A DNA stretch of 64,000 bases from a virus: IMG/VR virus record IMGVR_UViG_3300046820_001584, positions 1-64,000 of that record, one strand, 5' to 3'. Shown here in pieces: positions 8,069-19,000 of this stretch. Made by a program: the position numbers and the translations under genes. The notes below the pieces were generated by a model. It searched no databases and was not told where the DNA came from. It saw only the letters and a program-made list of their open reading frames with translations. How positions within the stretch are numbered: position 1 is the first letter of the stretch; each line of letters begins with the position of its first letter.

Positions 8069-8305
8069 TTACTCTGGGCTGTCAATAGTAGATTCTACTA
8101 TTTGCTGAACATATTCTGAAAAATGTTTTCTTACGCTTCCAGCTGGCCTTGTTCCAAATGACTTCCATATTCTGGTATATTCAATTACATTATAGTATGT
8201 AGTTGGGCATAAGATTAAATCATTATATAATTTCATTGTAGTTGGTAGCGGAACGTGTTTTGTACAACACTTACATTGTTTTGCTAGCTCTTGGTACTCG
8301 CTCAT
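8069..8305 (-). CDS. Hypothetical Cys-containing protein
   Basis: ORF coupled to the terL stop (ATGA overlap); CKCC...LCP. Confidence 0.6.
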   Translation of the reverse strand: MSEYQELAKQCKCCTKHVPLPTTMKLYNDLILCPTTYYNVIEYTRIWKSFGTRPAGSVRKHFSEYVQQIVESTIDSPE

Positions 8306-10104
8306 ATTATCTCCATATTTTCTATTGATCTTGCTAAGCTTTCGGGCATTCTTGGTGCCCTAATCATATTGTATACATTTTCCACTTCGCCATCACTTAC
8401 TGAAAAATCATTATCGTAGCTCATAGACTCATAGTCATGAATTTTTATTTCTTCATCTCTACGCATTCTAGTTCTGCTAATTGAATTATATACCGCTCCG
8501 CATACAGCATCTGCCAAGTCTTTTGAGCCTTTTCTTGGGTGATCCACTTTGTCTCTCATAATTCTTAGCTGAAGAAGTTCGTCTATTAGCAAAGGTATGT
8601 GTGGACCAGAAAGTCTTTCCTCTAAAACAACCATAGCCATATCGTCATAATGCTTTTTGGCGACAGACAGAATCTCTGTATTGATGCCATATTGTTTTAG
8701 TTGTTGCATCATATCATGAGAGTTCCATCTGTCAAAAGTACACATTTTAATATTAAAGCCTCTAGTTCTTAGAGCAAGAATATAATCTTTTACTTCAGAA
8801 AAATCTACAGATTTATCTGGTGTTGGTGTCCAAAATCTAACTGCGTCAATTTCTACAATGGGTGCTGGCTGAGAATATGTATCTGTAACTTTTACCTCTA
8901 CCCATTTATTAACATGACCCATTGCTACGGCACAGTGATCATGCTTTTGAGCTAAATCTACGTGAATAAAATAATCTTTGTCTGGCTCTGGTTTAAACCA
9001 TTCTTCTAGCCTTCCAAAATTATCTACTGCTAAATGAGCTTTATTAAAAGCCTTTTCAATTTTTTCTCTAGATTTAAAGAATGCGTCGACTGCATCAGAA
9101 GGCATGCATGCGAATCTTCCTAGTGCGTCTACTGAATTTTTATGAAATGCAACTGTAAAGTCCGTTATCTTTTTAGTTGGGTTTACTTCCCAGGTTGGTC
9201 TCTTTAATGCAAATACACGTGGGTATACATAAGATACTATGTGGTCTTCTTCCCAAGAAACTTCAAATTCATTTCCTTCTGTATTATCTGGAAGGTCTTG
9301 ATCAAGCTTTAATTTTTCTGTCCTAATTACAGTTTCTTTTTCTGCTATAACTGATTCATAAAACTTCTGTATTGGATCATTTTTGAAGCGTGGGAAAGAT
9401 AGTAGAATGACTTTACCTACATCTGGGAAACGTGAATCAACTGAAGCTCTATACATATCGTAAATAGCATCAGCGGTCTTAGCTTGGTCGTGGCCGCTTG
9501 TATTTTCAGTTGCAAATCCTGAGATTTCATCTAGGATAACAACTAATACGTTATAGCCTTCCCATGCTTCTCTTTCAGAGTGACCAGAATGAACGGTAAT
9601 AGACTTATCAAATTTAATTTCTGATGCTTTGTCAGTGTATTTACCAGCAAACCAAGGTGAGACTTCGATTCTCATCTTAAATCCCTTAAAGAAAACATTG
9701 TTTGCCTGTTGAGCATTTATAGCTATATTAAGTATGTCAATAGCATCTCTTGGAGGCTTGCCGTAATAAGCTGCTGGATCTTTAAGACACAATAGCAAAT
9801 AAACTATGTAGGCCACAGCAATTGTTGAAGAGTAATCTTTTCCAGATCCTTTTCCTAATTGTGCTATTACTTCAACACAAGTTTGCTTGAACATCTTTTG
9901 CCCAAGATCTTCCCCGTAAAGTTTTATAAGAGTAGACTCTTTATATATTTGAGAGCTTCTTGCAATAAGTGTATATTGATTTTCAGATAGTGGAGGCAGA
10001 CCAAGATAGTCTGGGCTGGTTACAAAAGTTTGTAGATCTACTGGACGCTCTTCAAATTCGTCGCCATCTAATATCTCTATAAAATCTGAAAAATCAATAG
10101 ACAT
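8302..10104 (-). CDS. terL: Terminase large subunit
   Basis: GKGSGKD Walker A, VVILDE Walker B, RNase H-like C-domain HVDLA...FDRWNS...DHP..GSKDLADA. Confidence 0.9.
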   Translation of the reverse strand: MSIDFSDFIEILDGDEFEERPVDLQTFVTSPDYLGLPPLSENQYTLIARSSQIYKESTLIKLYGEDLGQKMFKQTCVEVIAQLGKGSGKDYSSTIAVAYIVYLLLCLKDPAAYYGKPPRDAIDILNIAINAQQANNVFFKGFKMRIEVSPWFAGKYTDKASEIKFDKSITVHSGHSEREAWEGYNVLVVILDEISGFATENTSGHDQAKTADAIYDMYRASVDSRFPDVGKVILLSFPRFKNDPIQKFYESVIAEKETVIRTEKLKLDQDLPDNTEGNEFEVSWEEDHIVSYVYPRVFALKRPTWEVNPTKKITDFTVAFHKNSVDALGRFACMPSDAVDAFFKSREKIEKAFNKAHLAVDNFGRLEEWFKPEPDKDYFIHVDLAQKHDHCAVAMGHVNKWVEVKVTDTYSQPAPIVEIDAVRFWTPTPDKSVDFSEVKDYILALRTRGFNIKMCTFDRWNSHDMMQQLKQYGINTEILSVAKKHYDDMAMVVLEERLSGPHIPLLIDELLQLRIMRDKVDHPRKGSKDLADAVCGAVYNSISRTRMRRDEEIKIHDYESMSYDNDFSVSDGEVENVYNMIRAPRMPESLARSIENMEII

Positions 10105-10635
10105 TTAAGCCTCTTGAGCAATAACGATAGGCTCTACTATACCAGTAATCTGAGATAGCCTTTTGGCAACCTCTATTTTACAGTGGTTACAGCTAGAGGT
10201 TACTTCTTTTAATATACTAACTAGCATCTCTTGCTTTCTTTCGTTTTCCAATATCTGCGATGCTATCTCATTATTTTCTAGTACTCCTACTGCCTGCAAC
10301 ATAGCAATTCTTTTTGACTCTATATCTGCAATTAACTTTAATGTACCAGATTTTACATTGAGTTGACCTTGTGTATCGGCATCTTCTACTGTCTTCCAAG
10401 CCTCTTTGATTAATATGTCGTAGTGTTGATCTGCTCCCATTAAGGCTTCTCTGGCACGATCTCTTACGTTAGTATCATTATGTACAACGGCCTTCCACTC
10501 ATCAATATACTCAAGTACATCTTTTCTAGTCAGTCCAGTTATTGTAGCAATTTGAGTAGCTGAGTTGCCTTTTAGTAACTCTGAAACAACCTTATTCATT
10601 TTGTCAAAGTGGATGGATGGCTCTATTTCTGTCAT
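10105..10635 (-). CDS. HTH/coiled-coil DNA-binding protein, terminase small subunit candidate
   Basis: N-terminal HTH (GNSATQIATITGLTRKDV), helical body, directly upstream of terL. Confidence 0.55.
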   Translation of the reverse strand: MTEIEPSIHFDKMNKVVSELLKGNSATQIATITGLTRKDVLEYIDEWKAVVHNDTNVRDRAREALMGADQHYDILIKEAWKTVEDADTQGQLNVKSGTLKLIADIESKRIAMLQAVGVLENNEIASQILENERKQEMLVSILKEVTSSCNHCKIEVAKRLSQITGIVEPIVIAQEA

Positions 10636-10641
10636 TAAATA

Positions 10642-10670
10642 ATTATACTTCTAGTCAACTAAAATGTCAA
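10642..10670 (-). promoter_or_regulatory. Consensus sigma-70/sigA promoter giving a leaderless transcript of the terminase operon
   Basis: TTGACA-17 nt-TATAAT, then 6 nt to ATG 10635. Confidence 0.8.
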
Positions 10671-10817
10671 TTAGCGCTTGACTTTTATGCCAAATTTATC
10701 TATGTATCTCTGTATGGTCATTGCCGAAACACCACATTCTTTTGATATCTCAACTATATTCTTTTTTTGAATAATATATCTATTGTAAAGCCAGCCCTTA
10801 TCCTGATAAAGTTTCAT
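10671..10817 (-). CDS. Small HTH protein (48 aa)
   Basis: Manual translation MKLYQDKGWLYNRYIIQKKNIVEISKECGVSAMTIQRYIDKFGIKVKR; ATGA overlap with the upstream gene. Confidence 0.75.
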   Translation of the reverse strand: MKLYQDKGWLYNRYIIQKKNIVEISKECGVSAMTIQRYIDKFGIKVKR

Positions 10818-11380
10818 CGCTGTGTTAATACCTTGTTAGCATAATGTGCAATACCAAAGCTATCTGCAACATCAAAATCCACCACATTTAAATTATACTT
10901 TTTGTTAAAATAGTCAGCAGTCCTTTGCTTCCTCATATTACGTAATTGGTTTTTATACCAAGAATCTGCGTATCCTGGGTTAGCCAGCCTTATTCCAGCC
11001 TTTTCATCTTTTGTTGGGTTCTTATTACCAACGTATGCCTGCCATGCGGAAGGACTAATGGTTATCACTTTAGCCCCAGTAGACATTAGCTCAGCAATAA
11101 CAACACCGTAAACATAAGATAATTTTATTACAGCATCAGGAGATCTAACAAGCACTGCTCCTTCAACCGCAATATAATCTGCTTTTAATTCTTCTAGCAT
11201 TACGCTCATCTTAATCTTTGCATCGTATATTTTTTCATAAATATCGTTACCAGATAAATTAATTTTGCCCCACTTTAATGGTACGTCATTTTCCATAAGG
11301 CAAAAGGCTATTGAATTTGTAGACGCATCGATCCCCAGAACTTTAGATGCTTTTGTTTTTACTAAGCTAGCCAATGTCAT
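10814..11380 (-). CDS. ruvC: RuvC-like Holliday junction resolvase
   Basis: VLGIDAS, IAVE, DVADSFGIA acidic motifs. Confidence 0.75.
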   Translation of the reverse strand: MTLASLVKTKASKVLGIDASTNSIAFCLMENDVPLKWGKINLSGNDIYEKIYDAKIKMSVMLEELKADYIAVEGAVLVRSPDAVIKLSYVYGVVIAELMSTGAKVITISPSAWQAYVGNKNPTKDEKAGIRLANPGYADSWYKNQLRNMRKQRTADYFNKKYNLNVVDFDVADSFGIAHYANKVLTQR

Positions 11381-11645
11381 CTAGTATACCCATTAACTGA
11401 TTTTTATCTTTTATGTGCTTAGACTTTATGCATTTAGCACATACAGTCTCTGAGTTATACCTACTTAAAAAGCTATTGCATGTCTTGCATTTTCTTGGAG
11501 CGCCATTTTTGATTGCTTTTTTTTCATAATACTTTTCCATTATTCTTTTATTTGTTGCAACACGGCAACATTCATCAGAACAATACTTTTGATTGTGAGT
11601 CTTGGCCTCAAATATTTGTCCGCATTTAATGTTTAGGCAGACCAT
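11367..11645 (-). CDS. Cys-rich zinc-binding hypothetical protein
   Basis: C..KC...QKYCSDEC...CKTC...CAKC. Confidence 0.65.
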   Translation of the reverse strand: MVCLNIKCGQIFEAKTHNQKYCSDECCRVATNKRIMEKYYEKKAIKNGAPRKCKTCNSFLSRYNSETVCAKCIKSKHIKDKNQLMGILDDIG

Positions 11646-12433
11646 TACTTGGACACCTTCATTAAATCAATTTCAACGGTACCAGGATTAGATCCTTTGG
11701 CCCAACATTCTTTTTTAACAGGGCAGTAGGTGCAAGGTAGCTTGTACTTTGTAGCATTTTCTGGACGTTTAGGCAGGTCTCCTTCTTTAAAGTTATCCCA
11801 GACTTTTCTCATCCATTCAAAAGCATTTTCAATTATTTCTTTATTTTTATCATTCATTGAAATTGGAATGATTAATATTTCTTGAGTATTTTTATTTTCA
11901 TATAAGAAAAAGCCTTCTTTAGCATTCTTTAACTTCATATATGTAAGCAGCTGTAGCATGTGATTAGGTGAAGACTTCATCTCTGCTTGTCTAGTATCCC
12001 AAACTTCTTGCTTAGCCGTCTTAATTTCTCCAATTACGGTCTCGCCATCATACTCCATGATCAAGTCTATGAAGCCACGAATTGGTGGGTACTCATTAAT
12101 AATCTCTTCTTCTTCCGCCTTCCACTCAGGCATAGTTTTAATAAGGTTCTGCAATCTTTCATGAGCCTGTGTGCCCTGAGCCATATTGGCAACGGCAACT
12201 GCATCGTTATCATCAATGAATACTGCGCCAGTAAATGCCATATACCAATATCTTGGACATGTTCCGTGGCCATACCCAAGTGAACTGGGACTAAATGATT
12301 TCTTTGTAGTGTCTCCATCTGGACGCTTAGTGTTTCTGTAAGATTCGTCTAGTAGCTGTGCAAACTTTTCTGGGTCAAAGAAATTACCAGTATGCTTTTT
12401 AAACTTAAGGTTCTTTACAATATCTCTAGCCAT
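11645..12433 (-). CDS. Cas4-like PD-(D/E)XK exonuclease
   Basis: CPR...GT..HE...GFID...GEIKT...QLLTY...CTYCPVKKEC (1+3 Cys Fe-S pattern). Confidence 0.8.
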   Translation of the reverse strand: MARDIVKNLKFKKHTGNFFDPEKFAQLLDESYRNTKRPDGDTTKKSFSPSSLGYGHGTCPRYWYMAFTGAVFIDDNDAVAVANMAQGTQAHERLQNLIKTMPEWKAEEEEIINEYPPIRGFIDLIMEYDGETVIGEIKTAKQEVWDTRQAEMKSSPNHMLQLLTYMKLKNAKEGFFLYENKNTQEILIIPISMNDKNKEIIENAFEWMRKVWDNFKEGDLPKRPENATKYKLPCTYCPVKKECWAKGSNPGTVEIDLMKVSK

Positions 12434-12510
12434 TATTTAATGTCCTTCCAGAATGCTATAAGCAAAATTAATACTGGACCAAAGATAATTGAAGCCTGTA
12501 TCCAACTCAT
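12433..12510 (-). CDS. 25-aa membrane peptide
   Basis: Manual translation MSWIQASIIFGPVLILLIAFWKDIK; overlaps both neighbours (ATGA and TAATG). Confidence 0.6.
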   Translation of the reverse strand: MSWIQASIIFGPVLILLIAFWKDIK

Positions 12511-12845
12511 GAGTTATACCTAACGACATACTTAAGTGCATCTACAAGTTTGTCTATGGACTCCTTTACTGAATAATAAATATTTTTCTTGTTGTTATTG
12601 GCTGTGCCAGCCTTATCTTTAGCAATCGTAGAGTATACAGAAGCAAGTACGGCAAACTTAGTTGACATTGCCTGCAACTCCATAATAAGATAAGGTGCTT
12701 TTGCAGAAGGCACGTCAGGGTTCATAAGAAGCTTGACAACTATAGACAGAGCTTTATCTAAATGTTCATCCTGCATAAATTCATGAAGGTCATTAAACTC
12801 TGTGATATCGCTAATAAGTTCTAGTGTGTTCTTATCATCTGCCAT
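12507..12845 (-). CDS. Hypothetical helical protein
   Basis: ORF in a tightly packed operon. Confidence 0.65.
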   Translation of the reverse strand: MADDKNTLELISDITEFNDLHEFMQDEHLDKALSIVVKLLMNPDVPSAKAPYLIMELQAMSTKFAVLASVYSTIAKDKAGTANNNKKNIYYSVKESIDKLVDALKYVVRYNS

Positions 12846-12951
12846 CTTTAATCCTCTTATCTATCTTGTCAACAAAAAGCCCAAGGCCGTATCCCAGGGA
12901 CAAACCAATCAAAAATGCAATAGAAGATACTACTAAGTAATCTTCAATCAT
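12835..12951 (-). CDS. 38-aa single-pass membrane peptide
   Basis: Manual translation MIEDYLVVSSIAFLIGLSLGYGLGLFVDKIDKRIKDGR; overlaps both neighbours. Confidence 0.6.
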   Translation of the reverse strand: MIEDYLVVSSIAFLIGLSLGYGLGLFVDKIDKRIKDGR

Positions 12952-13892
12952 TTATTATCTTCCCATACCTCTACTGTTTTGGGGAAAAATGGAATTCCAT
13001 TCCCGTGCTGTCTTTCATAAACAGAAACTCCTGGCAAGTAAACATCCTTTTGATATAACCCTAAAAGGTCTTCAGTCTCTCTAATGAGATCTTGCATTAC
13101 GTCCCACTGCTCTTTGCCAAACTTTTCTTGTCCTTCTTTATATCTATCTGATCCTGAATGTTGCCACAATAAAAAGTTTCTTATAAGATATTTATCTGTG
13201 CCATAAACTTTTTGAGCAGCATGAAAAAATGGTTTTGAAGAAGGGAATACTATAAGGTCTCCTTGCTTTGGCTTATAGGTTACAATACTGCTATCAAACT
13301 CATTTAAAAATGATATCTCTCCGCCTTCATAATCATCATTTAAATACACTGTCCCAGTTATAATTGATTTTGGACCAGCGGCATCCTTTGAGTTAAAGGC
13401 GTCTAAGTGATACCCAATTGCAAGCTCAAGACCTCTGCCGACAGTATGATCATGCTTTAATATTTCTACTGCGCCCTTAATCCAATAGTCTTTATCTGAC
13501 TCATTAGGAATTGCATCAAATCCTGACCAGTCAGTTACAAACTCTCCAAATACATACTTCCAGTCTTCATAAAAAGACCTGTTTGGGTTAATATGCTTTT
13601 CAATAATTTCTGGCTTAGCCCAATCTTCTATATAATCTTTATATGCAGCTATTAAGTTATTATATATATATTGTTGCAAACCTAGTTGATGTTTTTCTAT
13701 TTCTGATAAAGTGCCACCTCTGCTTGGCTCTAATCTTGTTCTTAATCCTAGTTCATACCATGGCTCCCACTCTTGAAGAATACTTGATGTATTTGAGTCC
13801 TTTAGCATTTGTAATATTTCTGGTGCGTTATCAAAAACACCACGATACAAAACTACAAACGGCATGATTGTTGTTTTATTGTACTGAGTCAT
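12948..13892 (-). CDS. 2OG-Fe(II) oxygenase, prolyl-4-hydroxylase-like
   Basis: HLD...YLNDDYEGGEI...FPS..PFFH...KYL. Confidence 0.85.
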   Translation of the reverse strand: MTQYNKTTIMPFVVLYRGVFDNAPEILQMLKDSNTSSILQEWEPWYELGLRTRLEPSRGGTLSEIEKHQLGLQQYIYNNLIAAYKDYIEDWAKPEIIEKHINPNRSFYEDWKYVFGEFVTDWSGFDAIPNESDKDYWIKGAVEILKHDHTVGRGLELAIGYHLDAFNSKDAAGPKSIITGTVYLNDDYEGGEISFLNEFDSSIVTYKPKQGDLIVFPSSKPFFHAAQKVYGTDKYLIRNFLLWQHSGSDRYKEGQEKFGKEQWDVMQDLIRETEDLLGLYQKDVYLPGVSVYERQHGNGIPFFPKTVEVWEDNK

Positions 13893-14190
13893 AATTTTCC
13901 TCCCAAAACTTTATTAGTTCCTCTAACACTGACCATTCTATTATACCAAGCCTTACCTTTGAATCTGTACCTATTATTATCTTTAGAAGAGGATGCATGT
14001 CCCTATTTACCTTAAATGTGTCTGTGCATATTTTTGCCCAGACTTCTTTGTTTAAAGTAAACGATTTTGAAGCTTCCTTATAGTCTACCAAAAATTTATT
14101 CCACTGAGCATCACCTTTTTGATAGTCTCCGCGTCCTGAATTTTTTTGTGCTTTGGCACCGTCTCTTTTTATTTCTGATCTTTCAGACAT
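13876..14190 (-). CDS. PD-(D/E)XK/Hjc-like small endonuclease
   Basis: E......A..QKNSGRG...KGDA....FLVDYKE; start adjusted to MSERSE at 14190. Confidence 0.6.
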   Translation of the reverse strand: MSERSEIKRDGAKAQKNSGRGDYQKGDAQWNKFLVDYKEASKSFTLNKEVWAKICTDTFKVNRDMHPLLKIIIGTDSKVRLGIIEWSVLEELIKFWEENYDSVQ

Positions 14191-14375
14191 TACTGCACCT
14201 GAAATGAATTTTTGTGTCCAGAAGAACAATCCCAAGACATTTTAAGATTAGCTGTATCCCAAAAAGCACCAACTACGTCTTCATCGCATTCAGCACATGG
14301 CCTTAAGCCATCAACATATTCTAGAGATGCGTCAACAGCAATATCTTTTTTTAAAAATTCATTAAGATCTGGCAT
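14190..14375 (-). CDS. Small zinc-ribbon hypothetical protein
   Basis: CAEC...WDCSSGH. Confidence 0.6.
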   Translation of the reverse strand: MPDLNEFLKKDIAVDASLEYVDGLRPCAECDEDVVGAFWDTANLKMSWDCSSGHKNSFQVQ

Positions 14376-15363
14376 TGATTTCACCTATTAGAGATGCAGC
14401 AACTTCTGGGTTATCCCTAAGATATGCAACTGCTTTTGCTCTACCCTGGAATCGCTCTCCATTAATTGTATACCACGCTCCGCCTTTTTCAATTAGCCCA
14501 TACATCTCAGCAACATCTAGAGATTCTCCTACTTTATCTACCCCTATATGTTCTCCCTGGTAGTAGAAATCGTATTGTCCTGAAAGATTAGGGGGGCCGA
14601 GCTTGTTGTAATCAATAATCCAATTGACTGGCCTGCCAACTCTTTGTTCAATGATCTTGTCACCGACTGCAACACCCGCTTTAATAGCATTAGCTTCAGC
14701 CTCCGAAGACCATAGCTTAATGACTGTGGAAGAGAAGAACTTAACTGCCATTCCTCCTGTCGGAATGTGGGAGGCATGCATAGATCCAAATTGATTTCTT
14801 TGCTGTGAGATGAGAACCAGTAGTGTATTTTTGTTTGCATAATTTAACATCTTGACTGCATGAGTCATATCCTTTGCTTCTGCTCCGATTTGCTTGGTAT
14901 CTTGCAAATCTTTCATTTCGTTTCCATCTTTTTCAAAATATATACCAGGTAGCAAAGCTGAGATTGAGTCAACAACAATTACATCAACTCCAGCCTCCAT
15001 TAACTTTACTCCAACATCAACCATATCGTTAACTGTTTTAGCCTGTGAATAAATAAGAGAAGATGAATCTACTCCAAGCTGTTCTGCCCAACTTTGATCG
15101 TAAGATGATTCGGCATCAATCCAAGCGCATGTCTTTCCTTCTTGTTGAGCTAAGGCTATCATTTGTAAACAGAAAGAAGATTTGCCAGCAGATTTATTAC
15201 CCCAAACTAAAACTTGTCTGCCGTATCCAAGCCCACCCTTTAAAGCAACATTTAGTCCTATGCTTGGAGTAAGCTGTTTTGAAACTTCAACATTTTGTGC
15301 AGACTGAACTCTAGCACGTGTCTTGGGATCTAGTTTAGAAAGTATTGTGTCTATTGATATCAT
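14362..15363 (-). CDS. recA: RecA-like recombinase
   Basis: GNKSAGKS Walker A, WIDAE, VVDSI, TGG.AVKFFSS, GAWY...RFQGR. Confidence 0.92.
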   Translation of the reverse strand: MISIDTILSKLDPKTRARVQSAQNVEVSKQLTPSIGLNVALKGGLGYGRQVLVWGNKSAGKSSFCLQMIALAQQEGKTCAWIDAESSYDQSWAEQLGVDSSSLIYSQAKTVNDMVDVGVKLMEAGVDVIVVDSISALLPGIYFEKDGNEMKDLQDTKQIGAEAKDMTHAVKMLNYANKNTLLVLISQQRNQFGSMHASHIPTGGMAVKFFSSTVIKLWSSEAEANAIKAGVAVGDKIIEQRVGRPVNWIIDYNKLGPPNLSGQYDFYYQGEHIGVDKVGESLDVAEMYGLIEKGGAWYTINGERFQGRAKAVAYLRDNPEVAASLIGEINARS

Positions 15364-15740
15364 TAGTGTTTGTATATAGGGCTATCATGATCAATATCCC
15401 CAACCTTTGTTTGATTTCTAGCACAGATATAAGCAACAAGATCTGCTGGGTGATCATTATCCATAAGGTATCGCAACTCAAATCCCATTTCGTCTGTATC
15501 TGGATTATATGTAACAGCCATTACTGATCCATGTCTATACATAAAATCATTTGGCCAGATTTGCTCTATCTCAATCAATTCCATTAGATTTTTTCTAGGA
15601 ACATTTAGCTTACCATAATGCTCTAATATTGCAGTTAGTGCGTTTGTTCCAGCCAACTGATCAGAAATTTTTTCATTTATTTCAGCATCTTCTTGCGATA
15701 TCCAATAACCGCCCTCATACACTACATCGTGATCTTTCAT
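15363..15740 (-). CDS. Hypothetical protein
   Basis: ORF with upstream TGG-TATACT extended -10. Confidence 0.6.
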   Translation of the reverse strand: MKDHDVVYEGGYWISQEDAEINEKISDQLAGTNALTAILEHYGKLNVPRKNLMELIEIEQIWPNDFMYRHGSVMAVTYNPDTDEMGFELRYLMDNDHPADLVAYICARNQTKVGDIDHDSPIYKH

Positions 15741-15806
15741 TTTTGCTCTTTTCTCTTATATGTAATAGTATACCATTTAAAATAACGGCTGTGAAGCCTA
15801 TTTAAA

Positions 15807-16004
15807 TTAATCTTTTTGCTTTAGTTTAAAGCTAAATGTTTGATCAGATTCATTATAATCTACCTGTAACTCTTTATCCTCATTGGTTGCATTTAAAAAA
15901 CTTGAAACTGGCAGCGAAATTTCTCCAAGATTTTCAATTGCAGCAACAAGAATTTTAGCAATATTTAACTGTGCATATACATCTTCAATTTTTACATCGC
16001 TCAT
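15807..16004 (-). CDS. Hypothetical protein
   Basis: ORF coupled to the dnaE stop. Confidence 0.6.
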   Translation of the reverse strand: MSDVKIEDVYAQLNIAKILVAAIENLGEISLPVSSFLNATNEDKELQVDYNESDQTFSFKLKQKD

Positions 16005-19000
16005 TTTATTTCCTTTACATTCATAGTTCCATCATCTAGTTTTGATAGAACAACCTTACACTTCATTCCCTCACGCATTTTTGCAAGAGTCATCTTATAC
16101 ATAGTTGGGAAAGCGATGGCTCTAGTTAACTCTTTATTTCTATTTGACAATACTATGTGGCTCATAGTCTTTCCAGCTTTTGTTACATATGGAGTAAAGT
16201 TTACCACAATATACTCGTCTTCTTCAAGGTCGTACTCTTTGCGATATAGGTAGTCAACAAACATATCATTTGATGAAGGATCTATATCTGAAACCTTTAT
16301 GTATCTTGCAATTCTATTGTCTCCAACAAGAATGAAGTACATTTGGCCAACTTCAATTTGTGTTTGTTCATTATGGAAAAGTCCAATTGATCCAGTCTCA
16401 TCTACAATTTCTACTCTTGCCCAGCCAGTTCCACGTTTAATTCCTTTTACCATTCCAAACATAACAAAAGAGCCTAGGTCATCAAACTCTTCAATTGGCC
16501 TAGCTTGAGCTTTAACTCTTGGTGGAATACCCTCTAGGTTAAATGTTGGTATTCCTAGATACTCATAGTAATTATCTTTTTCATTTCCGCTTCTAGGATT
16601 ATCTTTAAATGCTGCTGCGCCAATTGCATTGAGTGAACTGATTGCTCTGCTATTTATACCACTTCCTTTGGCTGAAGCAATAGATATGAAGTGATCATAG
16701 TTAGTGTATGGTCTGCTATCAATAATCTTATTAGCAATGTTGTCGGATATAAATTTAACTTCAGATAGCCCAAAACGAATAGCATTTTCCTGAAGTGAAA
16801 AGTCTAGTCCTGACTCATTAATATGAGGAAGTAATACCTTTAGTCCTAATCTCTTAGACTCAATTAAGTATTCCGTTCTAGCATCTTTATCGTTTTCATT
16901 TTTAAGAATTGAAAACATAAACTCAAGTGGATAATAAAACTTAAGCCAAGCAGTATAATAACTAAGCATAGAGTAAGCAACAGCATGGGAGCGGTTAAAA
17001 GAATAACCAGCATGCGCTTCAAAATCGTGCCATAACGCCTCTGCTTTTTTCTTAGTAATGTGCTCTGAAGCCCCAGCAACAAACCTATCTTTGAACTGGT
17101 CAAATTCTTTCGCATCTTTTTTCTTTCCAATAATCTTGCGGACCTTATCAGCCTCTGCCCAAGTCATACCGCCCAAATGTACGCATGCTTGCATAACTTG
17201 CTCTTGATATATAATAACACCATAAGTATTCTCGGTAAAAGGCTTCATGATTGTGTGCATATAGTCTACAGCCTCATTGCCATGCTTACGCTTAATGTAT
17301 GCAGCACCAACTGTATTCATAGCTCCTGGTCTTACAAGTGCATTAGATGCAACTAGATCCTCAAACTTATCTGTTCCCATCTTGATAAGTAGGTTGGTGT
17401 ACGGTGTTGCTTCAGCCTGGAATACTCCTTTAGTAAATCCTTCGCTAAGCATTTTATAAACCTCTGGGTCATCAAGCGTTAGGTCAGAAAGTATAATGTC
17501 TTTACCAGTTCTAGATTTAATTGATTTAAGGGTATCAGAAATCACAGATAAGGTCTTAAGTCCTAGTGCATCTAGTTTAATAAGACCTATATCTGCAACC
17601 GTATCCATATCGTATGCGACGACAGGAATTCTTCCTGATACTTTGTCTTGTGCATCTTCTCTTGATTCAACTGGAGCAAACTTTCTTAGGTCGTCCTTTG
17701 CTACAACAACTCCTGCAGCATGAACTCCAACAGATCTAATTCTTCCACGAAGCCTGTCTGCAAGCCACACAACTTCGGGGTACTTAGCTCTAAACTCTTT
17801 TGTATTTGGAGAAGAAATAAAATCTTCAAACGTGTCAATGGATTTCATTGCACGATTAACTTCTTGAAGCGGAACCATAAAAATTCTTGCTGCATCACGA
17901 ATTACACCCTTATCTTTAAAATAAGTGTAGGTGGAAATAGATGCTACGTGTTTAAACTTTTTCTTTAAATATTCTTTTACTTCTTTACGTCGTCGATCTT
18001 CAAAGTCCGTGTCAATATCTGGGAAGTCATTGCGCTCTGGATTAATAAATCTAAAAAACAAAAGGTTATATTTAATTGGATCAACATCTGTTATTCCTAA
18101 TGAGTAACATACAAGTGAGCCTGCTGCAGAACCACGACCAGGACCAACACGGATATCATTAGTTTTAGCCCAATCAATCATATCTGCAATTACTAAAAAG
18201 TAAGAAGCAAAACTTTTAGATGCAATTACTGAAAGCTCTTCTTCAACTCTATCAATATAAGCTTTATCCCCTGCAAAACCAAGTTTATCTAAGCCAGCAT
18301 ACGCCATCTCACGAAGCTTATCATCTGCATCTGTTTTTGGAACTGGAAGAAGGTCCAGACCTTGATGAAAATCGTATTCTTCAATTTTGTTTTGAATCTC
18401 CATTGTATTCTCATATATGTCTGTACGAGTAATACCAGCAGCATTAAAGTCTGCCTCAATCTCTGATCTAGATTGAATAAATAAATTGTAATCTTGAAAA
18501 GAAATTCTACGGTCTGGGTAAAGGTAGTTAAATCTTTCCATCATGTCTTTAATATTTCGTGACATTTCAAAGTCTGAATCTTTATCAATCTTAGGCGATG
18601 TTGATAGAATGAGAAGTGCTTCCTCTAAAACCCTATCTTCTTCTTTTGCAAAGTGAGCATCACCTGTTGCTACCGCTTTAATTTTAAGCTTATCTGCTAA
18701 TTCTAAAAGGGCAGAGTTGATCTCCACAGGGTTATGTGATTGCACTTCCACATAAAAATCTTGTCCGAAAGTTTTCTTAAACCCTTTGAGAAGAAGCTCA
18801 GCCTCTTCCATGTTACCTTTATCGATAGCCTTACTAATGAGTCCATTAAGACATCCGCTGAGAACGATAATACCTTCGCTATAATCATTTAAAACCTCTC
18901 TGTCAATACGTGGCTTGTGATAAAAGCCTTCGTTCCAAGCAAGCTCTTGTAGAATATTTATATTCTCCAACCCCTTTTTATTTTTCGCTAGCAAAATAAT

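Noticed and set aside
11645-12433. Cas4-like gene as sign of a CRISPR-Cas system
   Set aside because: No array or other cas genes; stand-alone Cas4-like nucleases are common in phage recombination modules
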